A DNA stretch of 64,000 nucleotides from Octopus vulgaris (GCA_951406725.2 OX597843.1:7316001-7380000); one strand, 5' to 3'. Shown: positions 1-14,759, counted from the stretch's first letter. The notes: generated by a model not told the origin, from the letters alone. Translations and numbers: made by a program.

Positions 1-1428
1 TGATGGTGGTAGCGATAGTGGTGGTGTTGGTGATGGCGGTAGTGGCAACGATGAAGGTAGTGGTTGTGGTGGTACTATGAGGGGTTGGGTACATAGTAAT
101 CACATACAGCTGCCGTGTTACACTGGCAGCGGTGGTGGTGGTGGTGGTTGCGTATTAATGTTACAGCACTGACGCGGTGGTAGTATGTAGTGGTGAGGTG
201 ACAGCGAATAGTTTCGGTGGTAGTGTACAACTGTAGTATAGGCCGTGTTGTAACGTTGTTGCTGGCGTAGTGGCGGCACTAGCAGTACCATAGCGGTGGT
301 GGTGTTTGTGGTGGTGGTGTGAAGTTTCAGTGATAGTATACAGCTGCTTTGTTATTGATATAGTGTTGGTCGTTGTGATGATGATGGTGGTGGTGATTTG
401 GTAGTGTTGTGGAGGTAGTATGATGGTTATATATATGTATAATGGAGTGGTGATATTGACTAACTTAGCCGGTAGTTTACAGCTGCGGTGATAGTGTAAT
501 AACAACAGCATTTGTTAAAGAGGCGATGGAGTAGGTGGCGGCGGCGATGGTGGTGGCGGTGTGTTGTGGTGGAATGTAGTGGCGGTGACGATGTGGTGCT
601 GGATGCTGGCAGCAGCTGTTTTAATATTGACAACAATATCTGCTTGTCTCACGTTGCGAAAGGACGGATATAAATGGTATCGGCGATTTTAACCGATGGT
701 GGCGCTGCTTGTGCTTCAGCTGCTGCTGCTGATGCTGCTAGTGATAGGTCCACCATTATATTGGTGGTGGTGGTGGTGTTGGTGTGTAGGTTTTATAGAC
801 GTGGTATTTTAGACAAAACCAGCCGGGGCGGTAGTACATTTCACAGCGATGCGACATAGTGTGTTTACTAACAACCCACCCTCGTTAGGGTATAACTTAC
901 ACTCCTATTCACCCACAAACCGCTCTATGATGTCTTCATCAATTTATTCATCGCTAGAATCAATGCTTGCGCTGTTATGCAAATTAGACCCGCAAATTTA
1001 AGTCTGTCAGAGTTTGCATGTACTATAAATAAGCGTAAGGTAATATTTAGCTGTTTGTGGTGGACAGAAAGTGATTAATTAATGTGTGATAAGACTTAAA
1101 TAAAGGATAACACTGTTTCGATCGCTGTGTTTTACGCTGGCTACGAAGACAAGACTCGTGATTTAAATCTTGCTTATGGGTGCAAGCATGGACGTGTGGT
1201 TAAGGAGCGCACTTTGCAGCCATGAGTTTCGGGATCAGTCCTACTGCAAAGAACCTTGTGCAAATTGTCTTCTACTATAGTCCGGGGTCGACCAATGCCT
1301 TGTGGGTTAAATTTGTAGACGGAAACTTCGTTTTAGTATTTTATATGTATATATGTTTGTGTGTGTATGTGTCCACACACATACACATATATATATATAT
1401 ATTTATAGAATACTAAAATGCATAATAT

Positions 1429-1461
<33 letters not shown>

Positions 1462-1514
1462 TCGTGGGTGGGTCTGCGCGTGTGTGTGTGTATATATATG
1501 TATGTATGTATGTA

Positions 1515-1563
<49 letters not shown>

Positions 1564-1988
1564 CATATTTGTATCCATATTGTTTATATCTCTCTCTATA
1601 TAACATTTTTGTCTGTTCTCTTTGTTTTCTCAAACAATTCCACCAAATCAAATCAAATTCCACAAGGTAATTGTATTAGAGCTCTGAGTGTCAACATGAA
1701 GTTTTTTTTTCATTTCGATTAAAACAATATATTTTCTCAAAAATAATCTTTCTATAATCAGCTATAGTAAATGACATTTTATACAACCACTACTACGACG
1801 TCACAGTTTGTATATGTGTGTGTATGTGTTTGTAAGTGTATGTGTGTTCGGGCATTCGTTACGTACGGCATAGTATACCATCACCACCACCACCACCACC
1901 ACCACTACGATACATTTTGTATATGAGTCTATATATGTCTGTGAGTGTGTGTTTGCGCTTTCATTACGTACCATATTCTAAAGGACAA

Positions 1989-2463
1989 TACCCTGTTGAA
2001 TTTCTGAACATACTAAAACCCACTGGGATGCCACCGCATAACCTGACACTAAATCTGGACACTCCTATTATGTTGCTTAGGATTTTTGACCCACCTGACC
2101 TGTGTAAGGGAACTCGCTTAATTGTTACTTCCATGAAGCCCCATATCCTCTAGGCAACAATCATAACAGGTAGTCACACAGAAGTAAATGCCTTTATTCC
2201 AAAATTTCCTTTCATACCGACAGATGTTCCATTTGAATTTAAGACGTTTGTTTCCAATCAAACTAAGTTTGCTATTTCAATTAACAAATCTCAGGGTTGA
2301 TCCATCAAGGTTGTTGAACTCCATCTCTCTGATACATGCTCCTCTCACGGCCAACTCTATGTTGGCTGCTCACGAGTTGAAAACTGCAACAATTTATTCA
2401 TTTGGACACCAACAAAAAATTACACAATGAATATTGTTTACCCTGAGGTGCTTCAACATTGAC
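1989..2463 (+). pseudogene. Helitron RepHel C-terminal PIF1-family helicase remnant (stops and frameshifts)
   Basis: Joined frames read YPVEFLNILKPTGMPPHNLTL..PIMLLR..DPPDLCKGTRLIV..FPIKLSFAISINKSQG*S..SHGQLYVGCSRV..MNIVYPEVLQH*. These are PIF1 motifs V/VI and the typical Helitron C-terminus. Confidence 0.92.
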
Positions 2464-2575
2464 AGGTTTTCAGTTCTAAATTTTATCAAAATTACAATTT
2501 AGATATTTTTCAATAAAATATGGATATTTTGAAAAAATTATGAGGGAAAAAACCTGAATAAGAACAGCAGTAACA

Positions 2576-2600
2576 CTGGCAACGCCGGGTAATTCAGCAG
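2576..2600 (+). mobile_element. Decayed Helitron 3' terminus (hairpin, eroded CTAG)
   Basis: ctggcaacgccgggtaattcagcag lies about 110 bp after the helicase stop and matches the ends at 40054 and 56033. Confidence 0.65.
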
Positions 2601-2607
2601 ATATGTA

Positions 2608-2665
<58 letters not shown>

Positions 2666-2711
2666 CATATATATATATATATATATGTATGTGTATATAT
2701 ATATATATATG

Positions 2712-2756
<45 letters not shown>

Positions 2757-2759
2757 GTA

Positions 2760-2920
2760 GGCGCAGGCGTAGCGGATTGATAAGAAGCTTGCTTCCCAAC
2801 CACATGGATCCGTGTTCAGTCCTACTGCGTGACACCTTGGGTAAATGTATTCTATAGCCTCGGGTCTACCAAAGTTTGTGAATGGATTTAGCAGACAAAA
2901 CTGAATAGAAGCCCGTCGTG

Positions 2921-2998
<78 letters not shown>

Positions 2999-3110
2999 TG
3001 CGTGTGTGTGTGTATATATATATATATATATGCATGTATGTGTATGTCTTTGTGTCTTCCCCCTCCATCGCTTGACTACCGATGCTGGTGTGTTTACGTG
3101 CCCGTAACTT
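2760..3110 (+). mobile_element. SINE family A, 3'-truncated copy
   Basis: Head ggcgcaggcgtagcgg..gttcagtcctactgcgtgacaccttggg.., internal TA/TG microsatellite, then catcgcttgactaccgatgctggtgtgtttacg. Confidence 0.85.
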
Positions 3111-4642
3111 ATTATTATTGCTACTACAACAACTACTGCTACTACTACAACAACTACTACTACTACTACTACAACTACTACCACTACTGCTGCTACTGCC
3201 ACCACTACCACCACCACTACCACCGCTACTACTTCTACTACAGCCAAGATTACTAACCACATCATCAACTCCACTACCACGACTACTACCACTACTATCA
3301 CCGCTACCACCACCACCACCACCACCACCACCACCACCAGTCCCAACTGCCACCATTATTCACTCTTGTAGAGGGTCAGTAGATATCCACAAAACACACA
3401 CACACTTAAATATATATATATATATACATACACACGCAAACACATATTTATGTACTTATATATGTATGTATGCATATTTATATATATGCACTTGTTTGTA
3501 TGTATGTATGTGTATGTATGGGGTGCGTGTATATGTATGTATGCGTATGTATATAAATATATACTTGTATATCTGTGAGTGTTTGTGTGCACATATGTGT
3601 GTATATATATATATATATATACGGCATACATACATTCATAGATGTCTATCTACGCATATTTATATATTTATGTGTATGTATGCATGTATGTATATATGTA
3701 TATATATGTGTGTGTGTGTGTGTGTTTGTGTTATGTATAAACACATGCATGTTTGTGTATACATACTTATATATATATATATATATACACATATATATAT
3801 ATATATATGCACATGATATATTAGTATATATATACATACATATATATATCTGTATATATACATACATACATATATATATATATATTTATATATATATATA
3901 TACATATATCCATTCGCATATATACACACATGCACATTCCCTCCATATCCTCTCCCGCCGTGCCCCACCATCCGGATTCAACTGTTAATTTCCTCCCAAA
4001 GCACCTGCTGGCCAAAGTGAAAAACTTCCTTTATTGAATGAATGGCTGGCGAAGTGGATTGGGGGAGAGGTGTTGGCTATTGCAGTGGTGGTGGTTAGAG
4101 TAGTAGAAGTACGATGGGGGAGAGGGTGCCGTTGTGATTGTGGTCATTGTGCTCGTGGTGGTGGTGGTGGTTTTAGTTCTTTTGTGGTAGCGGTTGTGTT
4201 AGCGGTGGTGGTAGTGGTCACTGTGTTGGTAGTGGCGTTTGTTGTGGTCATTGTGGTGGTGGTGGTGGCTTTAATAGGGGATGTAGTTGTGGCCATAGTA
4301 CTAGAGCAAGTAAACAATGAGTACCATCACTACCACTACAACCACCACCACCACCATACCGCCACCAGCAACAACTACTCTCAGTATCACGGCTATCACC
4401 ACCACCATTACCATCACACCACCATCACCACCACCGTCATCATCACCACCATCATCACCACCGCTACCACCACCACAACCACCATCACAACCGCCATTAC
4501 CACCGCTACCACCACCGCCACCACAACCACCACCATCACCACTATCACCACCACTGTCACCACCACAATCACCACCATAACGTAAACACACCAGCATCGG
4601 TTGTCAAGCGATGCTGGGGGGACAAAAAAAACGCACAAACAC

Positions 4643-4680
<38 letters not shown>

Positions 4681-4773
4681 CAATAATAATTCTCTAAAAG
4701 AGATATAGACAGTAACTGCTCGATAACATAAGCCCTGTCCCTAGCCATATTCAGATGGCTTTAGTCCCTTATG

Positions 4774-4820
<47 letters not shown>

Positions 4821-5311
4821 CATACATATACACGGCGGGTTTCTTCCACTTTCTGTCTACCAAATCCACTCACAAGCCTCTGGTCGGCCCGAGGCTCTAG
4901 TAGAAGACACTCATCCAATGTGCCTCGCAGTGGGACTGAACCCGGAACCATGTGGTTCGTAAGCAAGCTACTTACTTACACAGCCACTCCTACGCCTATA
5001 TTTATTAATGAGAAATCACCATAGCCTAATTAGTAATTATATTTCGGCCATTAGTAGAAATAGTTTGTCTTGCTAATTAATGTGCGTTACCTTGCTGTGT
5101 GAGATATTACTAGAAGTATTCTATCTTAAATAAGATGTGATATCTCACTATTTTCTGCATAAATAAAATAACCTGTCTGGTTGGCGCTAAGAGACTGACC
5201 AATTATCTTTTAGATAGAAAATATACAAGCGATAGAAAAGACAGAGAGGGAGCAGAGACAGCACACCACTAGGCCAGGAGCGGAGTGTGTTTGTACGTAG
5301 CCATAGTACCA

Positions 5312-5510
5312 GTGGAAGCGCAATGGTCCAGTGGTTAGGGCAGCGGACTCGCGGTCGTAAGAACGCGGTTTCGATTCCCAGACCGGGCATTGTGAGTATT
5401 TATTAAGCAAAAACACCTAAGCTCAACGAGGCTCCGGCGGGAAGGGGTGCTGAATCCCGCTGTACTCTTTCACCACAACTTTCTCTCACTCTTTCTTCCT
5501 ACTTCTGCCA
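5312..5510 (+). mobile_element. SINE family C (tRNA-derived head, possibly tRNA-Arg-like)
   Basis: A-box-like tggtccagtggttagggcagcgg and B-box-like ggtttcgattccc; a second copy lies at 32870. Confidence 0.75.
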
Positions 5511-6114
5511 CAAAGCAGAGGAACCATGGTGTAACCCACTATGGTGTGGTAAACCTTCATACCCTAGTCTAGATTGCGACTCCTCTGTACCCCAGGATGG
5601 TTCAGCTCTCCACCCGTTAAAAGCCACCGTTTACGGAATGAGGATAACAACGTAGCTTTCGCGCCCGTACAACCTCCAGTCTATCGCGTGTGGTGGGTGG
5701 ACCTTCAAGTTGCCACACGCATTCTTAGTAGCTTAGAGTAGGCTCGAATTAGAGATTATTCTTTGTGGCTAATGGCGTGAGTCCTGATTGGAAGAAGAAG
5801 AAGAAGAAGAAGAAGAAGAAGAAGAAGAAGAAGAAGAAGAAGCCATAGCACCCGTCCCTTCTCCAAGCACTGTATTTCACTGTGTGCCTCGTTTGTTCCG
5901 GCTCTTTAAGTTCTGAGTTCAAATCGCGCCGTGGTCAATTTTTCCCGTTAGTTTTCCTGTTGGTCGCCTTTCAGCCTCGGCTTCAAATTTCTAAGCGGTG
6001 AATGCGCATGCGTAAACGCCCCTTCGTTTTTCCTTCTCCCTCCCAAAATCATCATACCCCCTTATTATATTTCGAATTTTATCTGTCATAATTATTTTTT
6101 TTATTCCTCTAAAC

Positions 6115-6366
6115 CAGTAATTCTCAACCGGGGCCCACATGAGCCTTGGGGTCGCAATAAGATTTAGTTGTTAAAATTTATCTGCAATAAATCGGTTGTA
6201 CTTCTGCAATACTCAGAATAATTTAACAATTCTTTTTAATAGAATTCCTAATAATATTTAATCATAGAAATATAATATAATAATAGGATTTCTTAAACAT
6301 TGAACGTCCACCCGAGTAAATTAGGAACCAATGGAGCCTGCGGGTAAATCTGGTTAAGAATCATTC
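6115..6366. mobile_element. hAT (Charlie-like) MITE
   Basis: TIRs cagtaattctcaacc and ggttaagaatcattc; 8-bp TSD ctctaaac (6107-6114) and ctataaac (6367-6374). Confidence 0.75.
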
Positions 6367-6575
6367 CTATAAACCAATCGTTAGCGACATCAGACTCCCC
6401 ATCACTTTACAAATTGTTGATTGTTGATTCCAGTTTCAGCTTATGAGCTGTGGCCATGCTGGGGCACCGCCATTACCGTCATGGGGGGCTTCTTTTCCTC
6501 CCGATTCGACATGTTCAAAACTAAAGTTTTTCTTGTAAATTATTTGTATTATTATCTTACATATCATAAAACGCA

Positions 6576-6624
<49 letters not shown>

Positions 6625-7093
6625 GTCGGTCACGCTAGGGAAAGAAGATTAACACGACTGACAAAGTGGGAGTGGTGACATCACGGATGCTAAAGCAGGC
6701 GTACAGCACTGAAAGATTTTGCTCAGAGGACGCATATACATACATACATACATACATACATACACACACATGCACACATACACACACGCACATACATAAA
6801 TATTTATATGCAAGTAAATATTAAACACTTGTTTTCAAAATATTATCGTTCACTGAACATATATACAGATGTTATGTGAACGATAATTATATACATCCGT
6901 AATGGACATATAACACTGTACACTTCGATCATTATGTGTTATTCACTCTCTGTTTATTTTCTCTTATTCCTTTCTGTTGAAGAGCGTACGCTCGAAACAT
7001 AAAATACGTTCTCACTTTCCTGACCGTCAGACTAATACACCTGTTGGTTGTTCATACACCTGACTTCGTCTTTTGTCTTTTTGTAAATTTCAG

Positions 7094-7155
<62 letters not shown>

Positions 7156-7369
7156 CAAAAATGAGACAAGAACGCAAAACATCCAGAGAGTTAGGTAATA
7201 CAAAAAAGAGAGAACAAAGCATCTAGATAGACGATACAAAGAAAACAAGGACGGGTCATTCGGAGTTTTCTTTCCTCAGTCGAGTTCCAGATTATCTTTG
7301 CAATTTCGGCTGGTTATACTCGAGATTGCTCTAATCTGGCTAGCTCCAAGGAAGAACTAAGCTAAGAGC

Positions 7370-7431
<62 letters not shown>

Positions 7432-10267
7432 GTGTGATTATATATACATATACATCATTTGGACGATATTTTCAACCGAGACATCTCAATTACATCTGAT
7501 TTTTCAAGTGCTTCAATTCTGTGTATGTACATATATTTAGTAGACTGCTGACATTTAATAATGGTTTTCTCCATTGGGTTAATATGCCATTTTCTATTAT
7601 TAATAAAACTGTCAGCATTTGTGACGGTGAGGGTATGCTAATCTATATATCAATATGCAAAGGCCGAATGCGTTACGCTGTCACTTGGTTGTTAGTTAAA
7701 GAGAGGCGAATAGCGAGAGAAAAAGAATAGAGAAATGCTAATGACATGAGGTAGGAGCAAAGTAATAATTATTGCGCTAATGCTGTGTGTGATGATGTCG
7801 CCTGGTTAGTTCAAGGGAGGGGCGATAAGAGAGAGGAGAGTGTTAGCGGTGAGAGCCAAGAGAAAGGCATTTCTATTAGTGTGTGGTTAGTTGAAGAAAG
7901 AGGTAGAAAGGAGACAGAGAGAGATATATTGGTGTATTTACGTCCCCGTAACTTAGCGGTTCGGCAAAAGACACAGATAGAATAAGTACCAGGCTTTTAA
8001 AAAATAAGTACTGGGGTCGATTCGCTCGACTAAACTTCTTCAGAGCGGTGCTCCAGTACGGCCGCATTCTAATCACTGAAACAAATACAAGATAAAAATG
8101 AAATATGCTTAAATGTTCGATAGTTCTTATATATTTAAAATAACGGCTTTCACCATTTTTTATATTTCGTTTGAAAATTGGAAACGTGAAATTTGGAGTG
8201 ACGAAATATGTATGAGAGAAAGAGAGAGAAAAGGAGGGGGAGAGACGTGGTGGGGTGAAAGAAAGGGGAAAATGATGACGTGAAAGTAGATGGAAAAGGA
8301 AAAGAAAGGGTGCGGGTGGTGAGAGAGGGATTGGAAGACAGGAATAAGTGGATATAGAAGAATTTGTGTGAACGTAGAGAAGAAAAAAGATGAGGAGGAA
8401 GAGAAAGGAAGAGGGGAGGAGAATGAGGAAAAGAAAAGGTGGCGGAAAAGAAGGAAGACGAAGAAGGAGGCGGAGGAGAAGAAGAAGAAGAAGAAGAAGG
8501 AAGAAAGAAAGAGAGGAGGAGGGGGACGACTATGACAACGACGACGACTGCAAAACAGAGGAGGAGGAAAAGGAGGGGTAAGAGGAGAGGCACAAGGTGA
8601 AAGCTGACAAAAGACGGCCATGTTGGACGTTTTGAAATTTCCCTTTTATCAAAATGATTCCTGAATAACATCTTGTTCCAACAAGCCGCCACCACCGCCA
8701 ACAACGATAATATTAACTCCGCGCCACCACCTGACCGTCATCCCCTCCTCTCCATCTAAATTTGTCGAAGTATCTGGAATGAGGTAATGGCGGTGTGCGC
8801 GGGAGTGGGGTGAGGATGGTGGAATGAATGGGGCACAGGAAATTGATTTGGCTAAACTTATTTATATATATATCGGATGGTTTTGTGTAATGGCGATGTG
8901 TATAGTGGTGGAAGTGATGGTGGTGGTGGTGGTGGTTGCAGAGGCAGTGGTGGTGGTTGCAGAGGCAGTGTTGGTGGTGGTGGTAGTGGTAGTGATGATG
9001 GCGGTTGCATGGGATGACGGTGGTGGTGGTTGCGTTGTAGTAATGGTGGTGGTGGTGGTGGTGTTGGTGGTACTAGTGGTAATGGTGTCGTGTTGTTGCA
9101 TGTGGTGGTACTGGTGGTTGTGTTGTAATAATGGTTGTGTTAGTAGTGGTTGCTGTTGGTGGTAGTGGTCGTGGAGGGGTTGGGGAGTGATAAGGTGGTG
9201 TTGTTGATGGGTGAGGTGTGGGGGGGATAATGAGGTAGTGGTGGCGTGGTGGTGGTGATGGTCATGATAGTAATGGTCGCTGTTGCTGTGGTGGTGATGA
9301 TGTTGACGGTGGTGTTGAGGGGTAGTGGTGGTTGTTGAGGTGGTGGTAGTGAGGTGGTGGTGACGGTGGTGGTGATGACGGTGGTGGTGGTGGTGGTGGA
9401 ATAGTTTAAAGACGGCTGGGTTTTGTCTTTGTCCACATTCATAAATAAAATCTACACCAACACACACACACGCGCGCATATGCACGCACACACATATATA
9501 ACATAGGTGATGTTGTGATGTTCATGCCTTTCCCTGCATCACATATTTTAAGATAAGTGGCTGTTGTCTTTGTCCACACCCTTCACAACAAACACAGGAG
9601 TGGCTGTGTGGTAAGTAGCTTGCATCCCAACCACATGGTTCCGGGTTCAGTCCCACTGCGTGACACCTTGGGCAAGTGTCTTCTGCTATAGCCCCAGGCC
9701 GGCCGAAGCCTTGTGAGTGGATTTGGTAGACGGAAACTGAATGAAGCCCGTCGTATATATGATTAAAGTCAGTTTCTGTGGCGTTTGTCTGTCCGTGGAC
9801 AAGGTATCTCCGGAGAACCGCTGGATAGGTTCGGATGAAACTTTCATGGATGTTTGGCCTCCTGACTGACACGAGCCGATTAGATTTTGAGATCGATCCG
9901 GTACCGAACAAGGATTCAGACGGCCAGATAGAGAGGCAGGCAGACGGACAGTTAGACAGACATGCAGGCAGACGGACAGGCGGGCCAGCCAGACGGACGG
10001 ACAGACAGACGCCAAGGAAAACTGACTTAGGTCAAACATGGATAGGAATAAGCTTCATCAGAGCCAAAACTTCCCAAGACACGCTGTATATCACAACGAG
10101 ACACTTACAAATAACTCTTTCGATACCAACCAGTCTGAGAATGGTCCCCTGGTTCTAGGATACAAACCTCCTGTTTTAAAATGATCTAAACTGAAACCTG
10201 CCATCAAAATTTCATGTTGATTTATGTTCCAAACATCAGATTAATTAATTAATTAACGACAAAATTA

Positions 10268-10501
10268 GAATCTTTTCCTTTTGATGGACGGAATTTTCTA
10301 GTTAACTAAACAATTTGAAACTTCGTATACTGGTAGAATGTGTCAAAAGAAAACATTATTGTAAACAAAATTGAAAACAAAATTGTAATTTGTAAGTTTA
10401 ACGTAGTTTAATTCTTCGAATTTTAACCAATGAAATACCAGCATTTGAGCTAAAATCATTTGCTGCGTCTAAAAACTCAGACAATATCCTGTTGAACGTA
10501 A

Positions 10502-10539
<38 letters not shown>

Positions 10540-11272
10540 TTATTCATCCTTCTCTCTTCTGTCTTCTGTCTTCTGCATGTGCTAGAAATAACAGCTATAT
10601 CTCTTAAATCGATGAATTTCGTCGCCCAATAAAAATATTAACGATATTTTTTGAATATTTAAAAAATTTTTTTTTTTACCGAAAAGGCTTCTCCCATGGT
10701 TTTGAAGGGACAGAAACAACAAAAACAAAACAATAATATGCATAAATCGGTGTAGAGGGTGCGCGTGGAGTGTATGTCGTATTGCTGTGATATAAATTGG
10801 GAAAAAAATCCTCGACACCAGTGCGTAATTGGTACTTAATTTATCGACCCCGAAACGATGAAACTTTGACCCCCCCATCTCCGTTTGTATGTGTGTGTAC
10901 GCTTATATATTAATTACTATGTGCTTGTGCAAATGTATATGCATGTGTTTGAGAGAGAGAGAGAGAGAGTGTGTGTGTGTGTGCAAGTGTACATGTGTAT
11001 GTATCTGAATATATGTGTGTGTGTGTGTGTATGCGGCGTGCGTCTGCTATGTTTCTTTATCAATATCGATAACGCAGCAAATGATTTTAGCTCAAATGCT
11101 GGTATTTCATTGGTTAAAATTCGAAGAATTAAACTACGTTAAACTTACAAATTACAATTTTGTTTTCAATTTTGTTTACAATAATGTTTTCTTTTGACAC
11201 ATTCTACCAGTATACGAAGTTTCAAATTGTTTAGTTAACTAGAAAATTCCGTTCATCTAAAGGAAAAGATCC
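10268..11272. mobile_element. Non-autonomous DNA transposon with about 200-bp TIRs and 8-bp TSD (Merlin- or foldback-like)
   Basis: 10268-10468 is a near-perfect reverse complement of 11072-11272; exact TSD caaaatta at 10260-10267 and 11273-11280. Confidence 0.92.
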
Positions 11273-11631
11273 CAAAATTATTTTAGTAAATTCTTTGTTG
11301 TTTTCGAAATTGAAACTAAAGCTCTCTTTTACTCTTTTACTTGTTTCAGTCATGTGACTGTGGCCATGCTTGAGCACTGCCTTTTGTTGAGCAAATCGAC
11401 CCCAGGACTTCTTCTTTGTAAGCCAAGTACTTATTCTATCGGTCTTTTTTGCCGGACTGCTAAGTTACGGGGACGTAAACTCACCAGCATCGGTTGTGAA
11501 GTGATGTGGGTGGGGGATAAACACAGACACACAAAAACACATACACACACATATATACGACGGGCTTCTTTCAGTAACGCAGAGGAGCATAAGATAAGCA
11601 AATACCAGAGCTTGACCGGTCGCTATCAGTT

Positions 11632-12234
11632 CCTTATTTCTTTATTGCCCACAAAGGGCTAAATATAGAGGGGACAAACAAGGACAGACAAAGGGATTAA
11701 GTCGATTACATCGACTCCAGTGCGTAACAGGTACCTAATTTATCAGCCCCGAAAGGATGAAAGGCAAAGGCGACCTCGGCGGAATTTGAACTCAGAACGT
11801 AACGTCAGACGAAATACCTATTTGTTTACTATCCACAAAGGGCTAAACACAGAGGAGACAAACAAGGACAGACAAACGGATTAAGTCGATTATATCAACC
11901 CCAGTGCGTAACTGGTACTTAATTTATCGAACCTGAAAGGATGAAAGGCAAAGTCGACCTCGGCGGAATTTGAACTCAGAACGTAACGGCAGACGAAATA
12001 CCAATTTCTTTATTAACCACAAGGGGCTAAACATAGAGGGTACAAACAAGGACAGACATAGGTATTAAGTAGATTAGATCGACCCCAGTGCGTAACTGGT
12101 ACTTATTTAATCGACCCCGAAAGGATGAAAGGCAAAGTCGACCTCGGCGGAATTTGAACTCAGAACGCAACGGCAGACGAAATACCGCTGAGCATTTCGC
12201 CGGGCGTGCTAACGTTTCTGCCAGCTCGCCGCCT
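11632..12234 (-). mobile_element. SINE family B (Meta-domain-like core) with triplicated body
   Basis: One head (ggcggcgagctggcagaaacgttagcacg..) and three ~185-bp units containing gtcgactttgcctttcatcctttcggggtcga. Other copies lie near 26293-26655 (+) and 62850-63030 (-). Confidence 0.85.
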
Positions 12235-12441
12235 TAATAAGGTCGCTCTCAGTTTCTACCGTCGCTGTCATGACCTCGGGTGTATCGGAATAGCGCACTA
12301 CTTTCGAAATCTCAAAGACATGAGATAATCCATGATTAATTCAAAGCAATGTGAGTAAATGAGTATTACATTTGACAGAATGCTAAAGGGTTAGGGTTAT
12401 ATTTGTATGTGTGCGTGTGTGTTTATATATGTATGTATGTA

Positions 12442-12773
12442 GGCGCAGGAGCGGCTGTGTGGTAAGTAGCTTGCATCCCAACCACATGGCTCCGGGTTCA
12501 GTCCCACTGCGTGGCACCTTGGGCAAGTGTCTTCTACTATTGCCTCGAGCTGACCAAAGCCTTGTGAGTGGATTTGGTAGACGGAAACTGAAAGAAGCCC
12601 GTCGTATATATATATGCTTGAGAACCGATGTTGGTGTGTTTACGTTCCCGTAATCTAGCGGTTCGGGAAAAGAGACCGATAGAATGAGTACTAGGCTTAC
12701 AAAGGGGTCGATTTGTTCGACTAAAGGCGGTGCTCCAGCATGGCCACAGTTAAATGACTGAAACAAGTAAAAG
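12442..12773 (+). mobile_element. SINE family A, full-length
   Basis: tRNA-like head, ggcaccttgggcaagtgtcttct core and tail ggcggtgctccagcatggccacagttaaatgactgaaacaagtaaaag. Confidence 0.9.
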
Positions 12774-13189
12774 TATAAAAGAAGGTGTGCATGTATACAT
12801 ATACACACGCGCACAATATCTATATACCTATATATATGTATATACGCGCGTGTGAGTGTGCACACATGTATATACACATAGGCATACATACAATACATAC
12901 GCACACACATATGTGTATGTATACTTACACGCAATATACACATACACAAACACACCACACACACACACACACATTCGCATTCATTCATACACATAACTGT
13001 AATAATACGTACACAAACACACACCAACACACACACAAAACTACAATAATACACACACACATGTATATATACACACATACACGCAATAAACACACACACA
13101 CATACACAAACACAGCATACACACAAACACTCGTTCACACACATTCATTCTTACACAAATGCAATAAAACACACTCACACACACACCTC

Positions 13190-13650
13190 TGACGCATACT
13201 CGCACACATAACTATAACACACACACACTCACTCTCTCTCACGCACACACATACACACACTCACACACACACACATTCATACTCGCACACATAACTATAA
13301 TAACACACACACACACTCACTCTCGCTCACGCACACACATACACACACACACTCACACACACACACACACACACACACATTCATACTCGCACACATAACT
13401 ATAATAACACACACACAATCACTCTCTCTCACACACACACATACACACACACTCATACATGCACACACACACCCACAAATTCATACTCGCACACATAACT
13501 ATAATAACACACACACACTCACTCTCTCTCACACACACACATACACACACACTCATACATGCACACACACACCCACAAATTCATACTCGCACACATAACT
13601 ATAATAACACACACACACTCACTCTCTCTCACACACACACATACACACAG
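13190..13650 (+). repeat. Compound minisatellite, five units of catactcgcacacataactata(ata)acacac.. spaced by (CA)n
   Basis: The motif recurs near 13195, 13278, 13383, 13483 and 13583. Confidence 0.8.
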
Positions 13651-13895
13651 TGCCACATTGTTTGCTGTGAATATTTCTCACAGCCAACTCCTCCTGATGG
13701 ATGCTGTAGAAAATGGCGGGTCGATCGGAGGGGCCGTCTTCTGCTCCTTCCACTTAGACCAAACCTTAAATGCTTCGTGTTTGTTGAATTCTACACCGAT
13801 CGATGCAGCAGCCAGCCCATCTTTATGCATACATACATACATACATACATACATATAAGTGTAGATATATATGCATGTGTATATGTAAGCGTATA

Positions 13896-13980
<85 letters not shown>

Positions 13981-14228
13981 CGTGTGAGTATGTATAATAT
14001 ATATACTTGTGTATGTGTGTGTGTATGTATTTGTACAATATATATGTGTGTATTATCATGTTATATGCATATATATATATATATATATACATACACACAC
14101 ATATATATATATAACACACTCACACACACACACACACACAATATATATATATATATATAATGATAATACACGTATATATATATTATACACACACATGCGC
14201 GTGTGCACATGCAAGTGTTGAAACATTA

Positions 14229-14279
<51 letters not shown>

Positions 14280-14400
14280 ATGTGTCTACTGAAATATATA
14301 TATATATATGTATGTATATATATATATGTATGTATGTATATATATATATGTATGTATGTATATATATATATATTTATATGTATGTATGTATGTACGTATG

Positions 14401-14437
<37 letters not shown>

Positions 14438-14562
14438 GTATATATATATATATATATACATGTATGTATGTATGTATGTATATATATACATATATATATA
14501 TGTATGTATATATATATATATGTATGTATATACATATATGTATGTATATATATATATGTATG

Positions 14563-14601
<39 letters not shown>

Positions 14602-14656
14602 GTGTGTTTGTATATATATATATATGTGTATATATATATACATATATGTGTGTTTG

Positions 14657-14688
<32 letters not shown>

Positions 14689-14759
14689 ATCATATACCTA
14701 CAACCATACATGTATGCATGCATCCGATCCGATTGTTCTGGAGTTTCAACTTATCAGCC

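Noticed and set aside
5312-5390. tRNA gene
   Set aside because: It has A/B boxes but no complete cloverleaf, continues into a shared repeat body and has a second copy at 32870, so it is a SINE head.
9765-9925. Possible Helentron/DINE-like fragment
   Set aside because: The resemblance is from memory only, and no termini could be verified.
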